From: Massalongia carnosa | Taxonomy: Eukaryota | Reading direction: 5' to 3' | Length of the DNA stretch: 64,000 nt | NCBI GenBank assembly: GCA_965645245.1 | Contig: OZ287076.1 | Location: 2,170,001-2,234,000, forward strand | Shown: one piece after another, positions 35,058 to 46,581 of the stretch | How the letters are laid out: each line of letters opens with the position of its first letter | Numbering within the stretch: position 1 is the stretch's first letter | Translations under genes and position numbers: made by a program | Notes under the pieces: generated by a model | Told to the model about the DNA's origin: nothing | The model's database searches: none | The model's input: only the letters and a program-made list of their open reading frames with translations

Positions 35058-36300
35058 TTGCAAGTAATGTCTAGACCCGTCCATCGGTCGACTGATACAA
35101 GGAGTGTTCATAGCCAGCGTGAACACGTTGGAATCGTAATTCTGGCTGACACGGCCGGCGATGGTAGAGTGGGCCCATTGATGGGCGTGATGGATATGAG
35201 CGTGGCGCTCGGGGCAACTCTGAGTCGTGTTTGTGAAGGTTTTTTGTATCATCGTTTCGAGTATCCGGCGGTCTTTATGTCTACCTATATCCTTATTGCG
35301 CTTAATTTTGCGCTGAGGCTATTAATGCCTGAGCGACAAGGCAAAGCCCTAGGACGTCGCAAGGATGGTAAGCAAGGGCCCAAACCGGATTGTGCTGATC
35401 GATGAAGTAGTCAAGTCTCGAGCCCTGGACAAGGGGAGCGAACATGGGGAAAACTCTAGTGTTGGGTCGCTTTCTGGAGACTATGGGACCATCTCACACA
35501 GCGCAAGCGGAGCTGGTCGTCCTCCAACGATACTCGATCAGAACAACGAGTCCTCAACAGAAACCGGGTTCGGGTCCTCGAGGACTCTGCTCCGGAAACC
35601 TCAGACCCCTCCTTATCGCCATCCTATGCTAGAGCTCCTGTCCACGTCTCATATGAATGTAGCCTCATCGTAGACTTCATGTAGAGTGAAATTCTGACCG
35701 GATTGGAAATCGTCTTGTCTCATCGAATCATGAAAGTCTTTCATTACAGCTCCAAAGGTGTTTCTTTGATGTTCTTAGCCCTCGCTCTGCCACCCTTCGT
35801 CTCGCCCGCCGTTGGGAAGCCCAGTGACAAAGTCGGCGCGAAGATCATCGTTTCCACCGGCTTTCTCAGTCTTTCGCTTCTCCTCGTAGTTCTCGGCACG
35901 GTCGATCACAATGATACAGAACAAGCCGTGCTCATGTGCATCCTGTTACTGCTCATCGGTACGTCCTTGGACATGATCCTAGCGCGGGCCTTCTCCGACG
36001 TCACGTATCTGGTCAACGAGAAAGAGCCCGCACACCTAGGCATTCTCCGACCCCAGGTCGCGTACGCGCAAGCTTTTGCGTTCATGGGCGTGGCAAACGC
36101 CAGCGGGAATCCTGTTAAATGAACAGTTGACGGCATAATGTTGAAATTACTACGGAGGTGACTGCTTATACCAGTCATGGCAGCCTGCAGGGCTGAGCTA
36201 GAACTAATGGGGCTAAGCGAGTATTCCAACAAATCCGGTTGACCCTCTGTTTGCAGATTGGGTGTTGGAGCGAACGGACTGGGCCAGCTTGACGCGGAGC
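35058..36300 (+). pseudogene. MFS transporter remnant (amine-transporter-like)
   Basis: GIVILADTAG...ALNFALRLLMPE, SPAVGKPSDKVG, YAQAFAFMGVA helices; stops, frameshifts and a solo LTR insertion. Confidence 0.65.
36113..36231. mobile_element. 119 bp solo LTR
   Basis: TGTT...AACA with perfect AATCC TSD. Confidence 0.92.
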
Positions 36301-37270
36301 GCCGGTGTTTATTTGCGTTTCGCTGCGCTCGGAGGAAAAGCGATCAAGTAGCGAGCAAGCAAAGCGTTTGGTTGGAGTTGAATTAGACAGAGCCGTAAAG
36401 GATGAGTAATGATGATCCTATGAAAAACTTTTTCGCTACAACTTATTCATATAGGTCCCGACTCGTAGACATTGATATCTCCCTCGAGATAATTAGACCA
36501 GTGAACTTCAGCTGCCCTCATCTCCGCCGCTCCGAGCTTTATAATCGCATCACTCACTCACTCATTCACACATAAATATTCTTTTCGGTTCAGTTCCTAT
36601 CCACATCTCTAAGCCCTGAGAAAAAAGAAAAAAAACCACCCAGTCGTCGACAATAAACCATATCCCACAGCATCGCACAGCACCGATCGTCCAATCATCA
36701 CTCCCAAAAAATCTTACCCGAAAATGCACCAGCTTGCTGGGCCGTGACGGGCGGCAACCGGCGTGTGAGCTGGATAGAGCCGGACGCTAGCAGGGAGTTA
36801 GAAACTCTTGTTGGATACCAACCTATGGCGCTAGACATTATTATGGTCACGTGTAACAGTAGACCTATTCCGGTATGCGGCACGCATCCTGGACTAGGAG
36901 GATTTCAGACCTTAGAAGTAGAGTCATAGAATCATTAATATAACAACAATGAATAACCTCATACTTCTACAGGTTATGAGCCCGGCCAGCGCATAAGCTC
37001 ATTAATCTTCGCTAGCGACAGGCCACAAATACCCCACACCCCCCAGAGCAAAGCACCTAGAACGAAGAACTTCCTACCCGAAAAGGAGGAATGGTGTGAG
37101 GCGGGAGGGTTAAGACCACTTGGCTACCAAAAGGAGCCAATTCTGAAATGGCGGTGTGGAATCAAGCCAATGCGCCTGACCACCTACCACAATAGATAGG
37201 AAGAGTGCTACGCCCACGTACTGAAAGGATACGAAGTAGAACGCTCATATACCAAAGGCTACGAGGCAAA

Positions 37271-37742
37271 CGCTCACATACCAGACGGCTACGAGGCGAA
37301 GACGCTCATACGAAGCAGAACGCTCACATACCGAAGGCTACGAGGCGGAGAACTTGCTCATATACCAAAGGTTACGAAGCGAAGACGCTCACATACCAGA
37401 CGGCTACGAGGCGAAGACGCTCATACGAAGCAGAACGCTCACATACCGAAGGCTACGAGGCGGAGAACTTGCTCATATACCAAAGGTTACGAAGCGAAGA
37501 CGCTCACATACCAGACGGCTACGAGGCGAAGACGCTCATACGAAGCAGAACGCTCACATACCGAAGGCTACGAGGCGGAGAACTTGCTCATATACCAAAG
37601 GTTACGAAGCGAAGACGCTCACATACCAGACGGCTACGAGGCGAAGACGCTCATACGAAGCAGAACGCTCACATACCGAAGGCTACGAGGCGGAGAACTT
37701 GCTCATATACCAAAGGTTACGAAGCGAAGACGCTCGCATACC
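37271..37742 (+). repeat. 115 bp tandem repeat x4 in the copia B 5' leader
   Basis: Units start at 37271, 37386, 37501, 37616 (partial at 37731); each built from CGCTCA(C/T)ATAC sub-repeats. Confidence 0.95.
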
Positions 37743-37815
37743 ACAACAGCTACAAGGCAACCCACCTTCCTACAACCCAAAGGCGTTGAGAACTCTTCGC
37801 CCAAAAAACCACAAA

Positions 37816-38772
37816 ATGTCAGACCGACGAGAAGAGCAGGAGAAGGCTCCCCGCATCATTCTCCAAGGCTCCGAGAACTATACATTATGGCGATCCTACA
37901 TTCTGGGAGAGCTCAAGCAGAAGAACTGCGCCTGGGCAGTCACCGGAAAGCCAGAGCCAACGAAGGAGTCCGTCAGATCGGACATCATAGCCATGGGCTT
38001 CAAACCCACCGAAATGACGGCCCAAGCACTCTGGACTGCCCTCTCCACCGAAATTAAAGAGCACCGAGCCTCCCTGAGCAAAGCGGAGGGCATCATCAAA
38101 AACTCGGTAGCCTCCAAACACCAAGCAGCTATCGAGGGCAAAGAAGCCAAGGAAATGTGGAAAACCCTACAAACGAAATTTCAGCACATCTCTCCAATGA
38201 GCATCTCGCGACTCATCCTGGAGACCACCAAATTACGACTATCGGACTGCACAGACATTCACGAATATTGCAGCAAATACCAAGAGGCCTACGACACTGT
38301 GTGCGGCCTCATTCCCACAGATTCCGAGATCCCCGCAAAAGGAGCCGAGGTACTCCTGCAGGCAGGACTGCTCACTGGGATGGGAAACGAATACTCGGGG
38401 ATCGTCTCTATGATGGAGACAGAGTGGAAAATGGGGAACACAAACATCGCCGAGAGCACTAAAAAGCTTATCCGGTTTGCAGAAATCAGGAAAGAGAACG
38501 ACCAAACTCCAGGACAATCCGGCACACCCAAACAATCGGCACTCTTCACCTCCAAACCACCAAAGCCTAGTAATCGAGCACCCCCGGGGACCTGCACAAA
38601 CTCAGATTGCATCAAGAAGGGAAATACACAGCACTACACAGACCGTTGTTTCCTGAGATACCCCGAACTTCGGCCAAAACACTCGCTGCATCAGATGAGA
38701 ACAAAAGGCTCTAGGCAAAATCTCCAAAGCCAGACAGAGAGCCCTTCCGAGACCCCGTCCCGCGAAAGTTGA
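37816..38772 (+). CDS. gag: gag of copia B
   Basis: MSDRRE... ORF with copia gag features and a C-x4-C-x7-H-x4-C finger (CTNSDCIKKGNTQHYTDRC); ends TGA CAA CCA. Confidence 0.9.
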   Translation: MSDRREEQEKAPRIILQGSENYTLWRSYILGELKQKNCAWAVTGKPEPTKESVRSDIIAMGFKPTEMTAQALWTALSTEIKEHRASLSKAEGIIKNSVASKHQAAIEGKEAKEMWKTLQTKFQHISPMSISRLILETTKLRLSDCTDIHEYCSKYQEAYDTVCGLIPTDSEIPAKGAEVLLQAGLLTGMGNEYSGIVSMMETEWKMGNTNIAESTKKLIRFAEIRKENDQTPGQSGTPKQSALFTSKPPKPSNRAPPGTCTNSDCIKKGNTQHYTDRCFLRYPELRPKHSLHQMRTKGSRQNLQSQTESPSETPSRES

Positions 38773-41700
38773 CAACCAAAGGTGCTAGCGGTCAAAGGGC
38801 CGAGAGACGCTTCCTGGCTGGTTGACAGCGCGGCGGACGTGCACGTGTGCAATGATCGAAGCTTGATGACTGAGTACCACGAAAAGCCTACCCGGATCGG
38901 AGGCTCAACTGCAGATGGGGTTTCACCAGGCCGTGGAAAGGTGCGCCTTCGCCTCAGCCTGAAAGACGGTCGCGAAGGAGTGATCCTGAACCTGAACAAC
39001 GTGTTTTTCCTTCCCCACAGTCCTTCTAATCTTGTCAGCCTCGGCCTTCTTAACATTCATGGAATTTTCTATGATAATGAGAACGAGACACTCTATGATA
39101 GAAGAACAAAGGAAACCCTGGCTTACGCAGAAAGGTGGAGGACCAGCTTCCTTCTTCACCCTCTCAACCTCTCTGTCTCTGCAACTCATCTAAAGCAGAT
39201 CGACGCCAACACGTACGAGTGGCCACCACACGCCTACAGGACCACCACCTCATCAAAACTACCTCTCACCACCTGGCACAAACGACTCGGCCACCTCAAC
39301 TTCCCCTCACTGAAGCAACATCTCCACAAACTGGAGATCGACTACGTGGACGACTCAGAAAAGTACGTGTGTGACAGCTGCCAACGTGCGAAAGCCACAA
39401 AAATCTACAACCGCCACGAGCCTCAGAAACGAGCAAGCGAGTCGTACCAGTTTATACACACAGACCTAGTAGGTCCCATCAACCCTGTTGGTTTTGGAGG
39501 GGAGAGATACTTCTTCACATTTACGGATGACTTCACGCGATATACCGAAGTGCACACTGGTGCCCGGAAAAGCGATTGGTTCAAATGTCTCAAGACCTTC
39601 TACAACCTCTGCAAAACCAGGTCACACAAGGAGAGACCAGTCGAACGCCTACGTTCAGATTATGGATCAGAACTGCAGAGCAAAAGGGTAGAGGAATGGT
39701 TTGCGAAGAAGGGCATCACTTTTGAACCCTCAGCACCGTACTCTCAGGAACAAAACGGCGTGTCAGAACGAATGGGAAGAACCATCATGGATATGACAAG
39801 AGCGACAATCCTAGAGGGAAGCCTTGATGACGAGCTGTGGCCTGAAATTGTTCTTGCGATGACGTACGTCAAAAACGTTCGTCCCACGAAGGCTTTAGGT
39901 GGAGACAACCCCTACCATGCACAGCAGAAAATCCACCCAGATATCTAACACCTCCGAGTGTTAGGCTCGACAGTGTACGTTCTCCTACACGAAGAGGAAC
40001 GAGCCTTAAAGTCTGAGAAGTGGAACCCACGAGCCTTACGCGGTATTCTTGTTGGATACGATGGTCATACAATCTACAGAGTCCACATCCGAGAACAGAA
40101 CAAAGTCATTCGCATCAAAGATCTCAGAATCTTTGAAGACTACGAGGCCAAGACGTCCACCGAGCTTCCTGAATACAAAAACACTCCCACCTTCTCAGGT
40201 TTCTTACTCTCCGATGACGATGACGAGGCGACGAGCGACACACAGATGTTGGATGTAGGCCGAAAGTTCAACAATGCAACAGGTGCCAGCGAGTCAACTC
40301 CCAGTAAAGTAACCCCTAGGAAGGGCCGAAAGGTCACTACTAGAGATGAAACTACGGAGACAAGGAAGTCTCGGTCTGGCCGAACGATAAGGCCTACACA
40401 AAAGGCTCAAGATCAAGATCTGATAGTACATCTCAGCAAGCTGCTAGACCTTGACTTGGAACACAGCTCGGAGGAAAAAGCAAACGCGTTCCTGACAAAC
40501 ATCGAATGCGAGGAGGACGGCCATGACGCAGACGACGACCCATACACAATCTTGACTTCGAGGCTCATTCAGGCCAACGCCCAAAGTAAAGGAGACTATG
40601 TCCTTGCCACCCAATTAGATGTCGAAGAACCTGAGTCATACAACAGGGCAATGCAATGCCCCCACGCCTCGCAGTGGGCACAGGCAATGAAAGAAGAAAT
40701 AGACTCTCTACACGAAAACAAGACCTGGGTTCTCATACCAAAGAACGAGATGGAGTCAGGTCATCGACCTCTGGGGGGGAAGTGGGTGTACAAGGTCAAG
40801 CGTGATGTCGAAGGCAAGGTATCTAGATTCAAAGCCAGATGGGTTATCAAAGGGTACCTACAACAGTTTGGTGTTGATTTCGATCAAACCTACGCATCCG
40901 TGGTGAAGCCAATGGCCTTCAGAACCCTGTTCGCCCTTGCCGCCTTCTTCGACCTGGACATCGACCAGATGGACGTAAAAACGGCTTTTCTCTATGGCCT
41001 CATTGATCAACTGATATATATGGAGATTCCAAAGGGAACTGAGACAGAAGCCACAAAGAATATGGTTTGCAAACTGTTGAAAGCTATCTACGGCCTCAAA
41101 CAATCTCCCCGCCTCTGGTACGAACGCTTTTCAGCCTTCCTCCTCGAGAAACTCGGCTTGAAACGCATCCACGCAGACCACAGTATATTCGTATCGGGTG
41201 CAGGGCTGAAAGGTCCCGTACTCAGCGTCTTCGTAGATGACATCAAGATTGTAGCGCCAAAGGACAGTGGGATAATCAAGCGAGTCAAAGCAGAACTCAC
41301 AGCTGCATTCTCTATGTCAGATATGGGTCCCATCAGCTTTTACCTAGGACTGAGAATAGATCGGGATCGAAAGCAACGAACCATCAAACTGTCTCAACCG
41401 GCCTACATCGAAAAAGTGTTGGAGAGATTCCATCTCGACAAAGCCAACCCCGTCAACACCCCGATGAAAGAAGCTGTGCCACTCTCCCAACGCGAGGAAG
41501 GAGAAGCCTCACCACCAGAGAAGGAGAGATACCAAGGAATGACGGGGTCCATAATGTTCTCCATGGTAGAGACCAGACCAGATATTGCCTTCGCCACGTC
41601 CCTCGTAAGTCGCTTTGCCAAGAACCCGAGCCATCAGCACACCGAAGCAGTCAAAACCATCCTCAAATACCTCAAGGGCTCGAAACATCGAGGCATAACC

Positions 41701-42282
41701 TATGGGGGGGATGAAGAACTGAAAATCGAAGGCTATTCGGACTCGGATTGGGCAGGTGACAAGGACAGCCGGAAGTCAACATCCGGTTTCATCTTTATGC
41801 TGAACGGGGGACCGATAAGCTGGTGCTCTAAAAGGCAATTAACAGTTGCTCTCTCTTCCACAGAAGCGGAATACATCGCACTCACGCTGGCCGCCAAAGA
41901 AGCCACCTGGCTTCGTCTACTCCTCACAGAGCTTGGGGTGTTGGAAGCGGACCAACAGCATGCTGAGAGCAAGGTCTCCAACAAGAACTCGTGCGTACAA
42001 GCGATCGACAGAGACCTCAACAGCCTCAAGCCCAGCGACGGAGACCCCACTGTTTCACTCAAAGGTGACAACCAAGGATCTCTTGCTCTGGCACACAACC
42101 CAGTATTCCATGCCAGGACCAAACACATCGATATCCAGCACCATTACATCCGAGACGAGGTGGAGGCAAAGAGAATCGAGTTGACCTACGTGCCAACTGG
42201 GGAGATGATCGCCGACGGCCTGACGAAGGCCCTAACGCACGCAAAGTTCCACACCTTTGTCGAACAGATGCAGATGACCTAG
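38773..42282 (+). CDS. pol: pol of copia B (PR-INT-RT-RH), same frame as gag, one premature TAA at 39946
   Basis: WLVDSAADVH, WHKRLGH..CDSC, integrase core, QMDVKTAFL, FVDD, YSDSDWAG, ADGLTK. Confidence 0.92.
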
Positions 42283-43225
42283 AGCCAAATCAGCACAGCC
42301 ACACTACCTGGAGCCACAACCTACCAATGAACCGATGCAACCAACAGCTGCTGATTCTTCCAGAAAAAACGAGATAAAAATCGATTCGTTAGCGTGGGCG
42401 ATTCTTACGTAACTAGCGCATAGCTTGTGGGGGGGTGTTGGATACCAACCTATGGCGCTAGACATTATTATGGTCACGTGTAACAGTAGACCTATTCCGG
42501 TATGCGGCACGCATCCTGGACTAGGAGGATTTCAGACCTTAGAAGTAGAGTCATAGAATCATTAATATAACAACAATGAATAACCTCATACTTCTACAAC
42601 TCTTCACCTCTTCCACCTCTTCAACCTCTTTTCTTTCTCCTCATCAGCACTCATCATAGATCGTGTCTCGCTGTTTCTCCTATCCACCCTCTCCTACACA
42701 GCCTGTCGCTTAGATAGATAGAGTATGTCTTGACCCCAGGGTTCGCATCTACAGCGTCCATGGACCTCGTAGCCTACCCGATTCGGCTCCGTACCCTGCG
42801 TGGACGGCGCACGAACGGTGTCATGCCACACTCTAGGGTTAGGACTTTGCCCAAACATTAGAATAGCAATATACAAGGTGGCTGCGGTTCAATAGCGTCG
42901 CGTTAAAATTTTAAAATTTTAGAAAAATACCCGTCCGTGCATTCATGCATCCATGCATGCATGCACATTCAAGATAAGATTAGTTCCAGAATCCCGACCG
43001 GAGCTGCACGATTCGGATGCCGGGTCATGATATAACATCTAATTGTTAGAACTAACCGATTAATTGATTGATTGAAAAGATATTTAAACTAGTACTTTAC
43101 AGCTTTCCGATAAATAGTTGAATTGTTGTATGTATCACGCCGTCTAGTCTCGACCGAATTCTTCCGTATTTGATGAATCAGAATTAATCGGTTTTCGGGA
43201 AGGAAACCAGGGGTTGGGAAGGGGG

Positions 43226-44586
43226 TGTTAGAGTGACTCTGGACTAGGAGTAGTGTAGTGGGTTAAGAGTAGAAGAATTTAGTACGGAGTAGTTAAATTG
43301 TAAGATGATCTATCTAGGTGGGCCTAACACCATATTATATAGATCAGTGGGAATAGTCGAGGTCGAGTTTCTTCAGTACTCTGCCAACTAAGGGCGGACG
43401 TTCCTCCGTGGGCTCAGACCTTCTGTCCCGTCCCATTAGTCATCGCTTGACCTGACTATAGTATGACTGTGTTCAGCACCGCTGAGTCATCAGGCTTAGT
43501 AATAATCAGCCTTATACGGCGGCGCTGTAACAATAGGCCTCCCCTTAGGGCTACTGTCCTCAGGAGCCGCATTATCGCGAGTTGGGAATAACCTCACTCT
43601 TAGAAGACTAAAATCCTAACTCTCGTAACAACTCCGCTTTTTCTGAGCCGGACTGTGCGCCATTTCGCGCCAGACGTACAAGTGTTGTTACCCCGCTTCC
43701 CCGTAGAATCTTCTTCCAAGTAACATCAACAATCTTACTTTCCATCATTGCTCGCTTTAAGCTGGATTGATTGTGACCTGAAGTGAGTCTGCATCTTAGT
43801 TGAGTCGTCGTCGTTTCTTGGGTGGCCCACCACTTGGTGGTTTATTTAGATACCTCTCATGAAACGACGAGGTCAATTCTCTTGCTCCCTCCATTTCCCC
43901 GGCCGGTAGCCACTGGTTATCCGTATCTGGGTAATCCAACCACTTTACTAAGTATTGTATTTTCCCATAATAGAAGCGGCTGTCTAGTACATCTTCTATT
44001 TCCCATTGTTCTTCGCCGTCAACTTCCATTGGCGGCGGCTGAGGCTCTTCTCTATCGGCGGATACCTTATAAGGTTCCAATAGAGACACATGAAAAACAT
44101 CATGTATGCCTTTCGCTGTGGTGGGAAGCCGGAGCCTGTACGCCTGCTTACCTATGGGTTCTATGATTTCACAAGGTCCAAAGAATTTGAAGTCCAACTT
44201 CTTGGAAGGTCTAATGGTGCGGATGTTCTTTCCATTCAACCATACCTTTTCTCCTTTGTTGAAGTTGTGAGGGACATGTTTTTTGTCATAATTCTTGGCT
44301 TGTTTCTCCATGATAAATTTCCATCTTGCTTCGAGCATGCGTCTCCTCTCTGTGAGTCCCTCTGCCCGCACCCTGGCCGCCGGGATGTCTGTATTTACGT
44401 CCTTGATTTCTTCTTCCCATCTGGGATGACGGCTATAGGCGGCGAAGAATGGACTCACCCCGGTAGTCGTGTGAACGCTATTATTGTAAGCAAATGCAGC
44501 AACAATTAACCATTGTGCCCAGTCATCTTGCTGATAATTGACAAAGGTACGAAGATATTGTTCCAAGGTCTGATTTTGTCTTTCTG
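43226..44586 (-). mobile_element. 3' remnant of a gypsy chromovirus (integrase end, chromodomain, PPT, probable 3' LTR)
   Basis: TERQNQTLEQYLR...KFFGP...FHVSLLEP...WEIEDVLD..YLVKW; minus-strand PPT AAGGGGAGG then TGTTACAG at 43532; left LTR edge uncertain. Confidence 0.8.
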
Positions 44587-44991
44587 TGTCAAATGTCAGA
44601 TATACTGGCATTAACCAACATTGGTCAACGGGCCCGTCACATGCCCGTCACATGACATTGCCACCGCGGCACAGGTAAAAATTCTTCATCCCCCACATTC
44701 TTTCTTCCTTCGGAGACATCTCTTGATCTATCCCTTGGCGGCATACCTAGCTAGAAAATCATCTATAGATCAATGCCATTCATTTCACCTCATCTGGTCA
44801 AGACGTAAATCATCTCAACTGATCATCAGGGCAAAAAGCCTCAGAGTTATGAGCCCGGATTCTCGCTTCCATCGTCTTGACCACTTCTTGAATCTTTAAA
44901 AAAGCCACCTTTTGGCACTTATTCAGAAGCCATCACTTGGCACCTTCAGCATTTTTCGAAATCAGCCCTTTTTCGAAATACAATATCAGCA

Positions 44992-46191
44992 ATGTCGGCA
45001 TCGCCCAGAAAAATCGTCTTGGCAAAATCGGCCGACTGGAGAACATGGTTTTCCTTCATCCAGATAAAGGCAGAAAGTCTAGAAATTTGGGATGAGGTTA
45101 ACCCGAATGAGCCATTTAAGGAGTCGTTAAAACGGCCAGAGATACCAAATTTTCCAATCACGGAAAATGATGATGATGAACTTGAGGCAGGAAAGTATCA
45201 AATGCTTCAACTGAAAACTCAGCTATACAGATTAAAATTGGACGAATACAAAGTTCGAAAAGTAGCACTAACTGAGCTGACATCCAACATTCTAGAAAGT
45301 CTGTCGACCGAATACGGCGTTTATTTGGAAGACATAAACCAAAAAAGAGGACATCCATGGAAAATACTGACGGCACTGAAGCAAAGAATTGCTCCATCTG
45401 ATGCCGCCCAAATTCGGGACATTGAGACCAAATACGAGAAGCTCAAAAAGGGACCAGGAAATCAAAATTTGGAGACATATATCGAGCAGTGGCAGAGGAC
45501 ATACACTGACGCCATCAATAATAAGTTTTTTGAGGCAGAGGGGCAACGAGCTCATCGACACTTTCTCATGGCCATTCGGGAAAAGGAGACTAACTTTGTC
45601 GATACCATGCTGATCAATCTAAATAGGGAGCCGGACATGGACTTCTATAAATTGCTGGAAGAATTCCGACAATTCGTCCGGTATCAAAAAGCTGAAAAAG
45701 GGAAGTCCCATTCCGCCTTTTCTGCTAATTCCAACCAGTCTTCCTCATCTAATCAGGAACCTACATTCAATGGTCAGCGACCGGCTAGACCACCTTGCAT
45801 TTGCGGCAAAGATCATGTCCTCGGTCATTGCTGGCACCTAGTGCCTGACCATCCCCGCCGACCGCACAATTTCAAAACGAGTCCCGAAATCCAATCCCGA
45901 ATCGATGACGCTATGAAGGATAAGGCATTCCGGGAGAAGGTGGAAAAATCCATACAAACCTGCAAAGAAAAAGCTAGGACTAGTCAGAATAATCAGGGGC
46001 AAAAGAATCAGGATCAGAAAGGGCAGAAAAATAACACGATACCGGAGGGTGGAAATGCCACCTTTGCAGCTTTTTGCAGCACTTCCTTTTCAGCGGCAAA
46101 TAGCTTAGTCATCAAGGGGTCATGGATTCTAGATAATGGATCCAATCGGCACATTTGCAATGAGACCATGAAATCGCGTATAGTGAAGACG
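44992..46191 (+). CDS. gag-protease part of copia C polyprotein (split by gypsy D)
   Basis: CICGKDHVLGHC knuckle and WILDNGSNRHIC protease motif. Confidence 0.85.
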
Positions 46192-46581
46192 TGTCAGGGT
46201 CCTAGCCTGACATAAGGCTGAGATGGAAGGGGGGAGCACGCGAGCACGCGAGGCTAGCGCGACACTCGGTGCAGATATTTCTAGCGAGTCGCGTACAATG
46301 TTTCTTTTCTTCTTTTGTAGATAAATTTTAGTTTAATAGCGGTTGATTAGAATCGACGACAGCTTCCTTACACAATTTATCTACCTATTAGTATTCTTTC
46401 TTCCAGAACTTCCAGTAGGGACGAGGTCCCGTTCCAGCAACTTTCTTCCAGATAGGGTGAAAACCCGTTCCAGTAACTTTCCAGACTGATCGTTTGTGCG
46501 AATCCAAACCGATCCAAATTCCAGAACTTCCAGAACTTTTAGAATCAGGAAATCAAGCTATCCCATTTTCAGAATCCAGTC

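Larger units (their letters stand above)
36809..42598 (+). mobile_element. full-length, recent Ty1/copia element (copia B)
   Basis: 163 bp LTRs 36809-36971 and 42436-42598 that read as identical; ACTCT TSD; PBS GGTTATGAGCCC at 36972; G-run PPT before 42436. Confidence 0.97.

Noticed and set aside
36540..36808. Possible LINE 5' end (CACT repeats, A-run) hosting copia B
   Set aside because: No endonuclease or RT sequence follows at 42599, so it cannot be supported.
37205..38057. CRISPR-like array or repeat-protein ORFs
   Set aside because: Units are identical with no unique spacers, lie in a copia leader, and the ORFs are by-products of a stop-free repeat.
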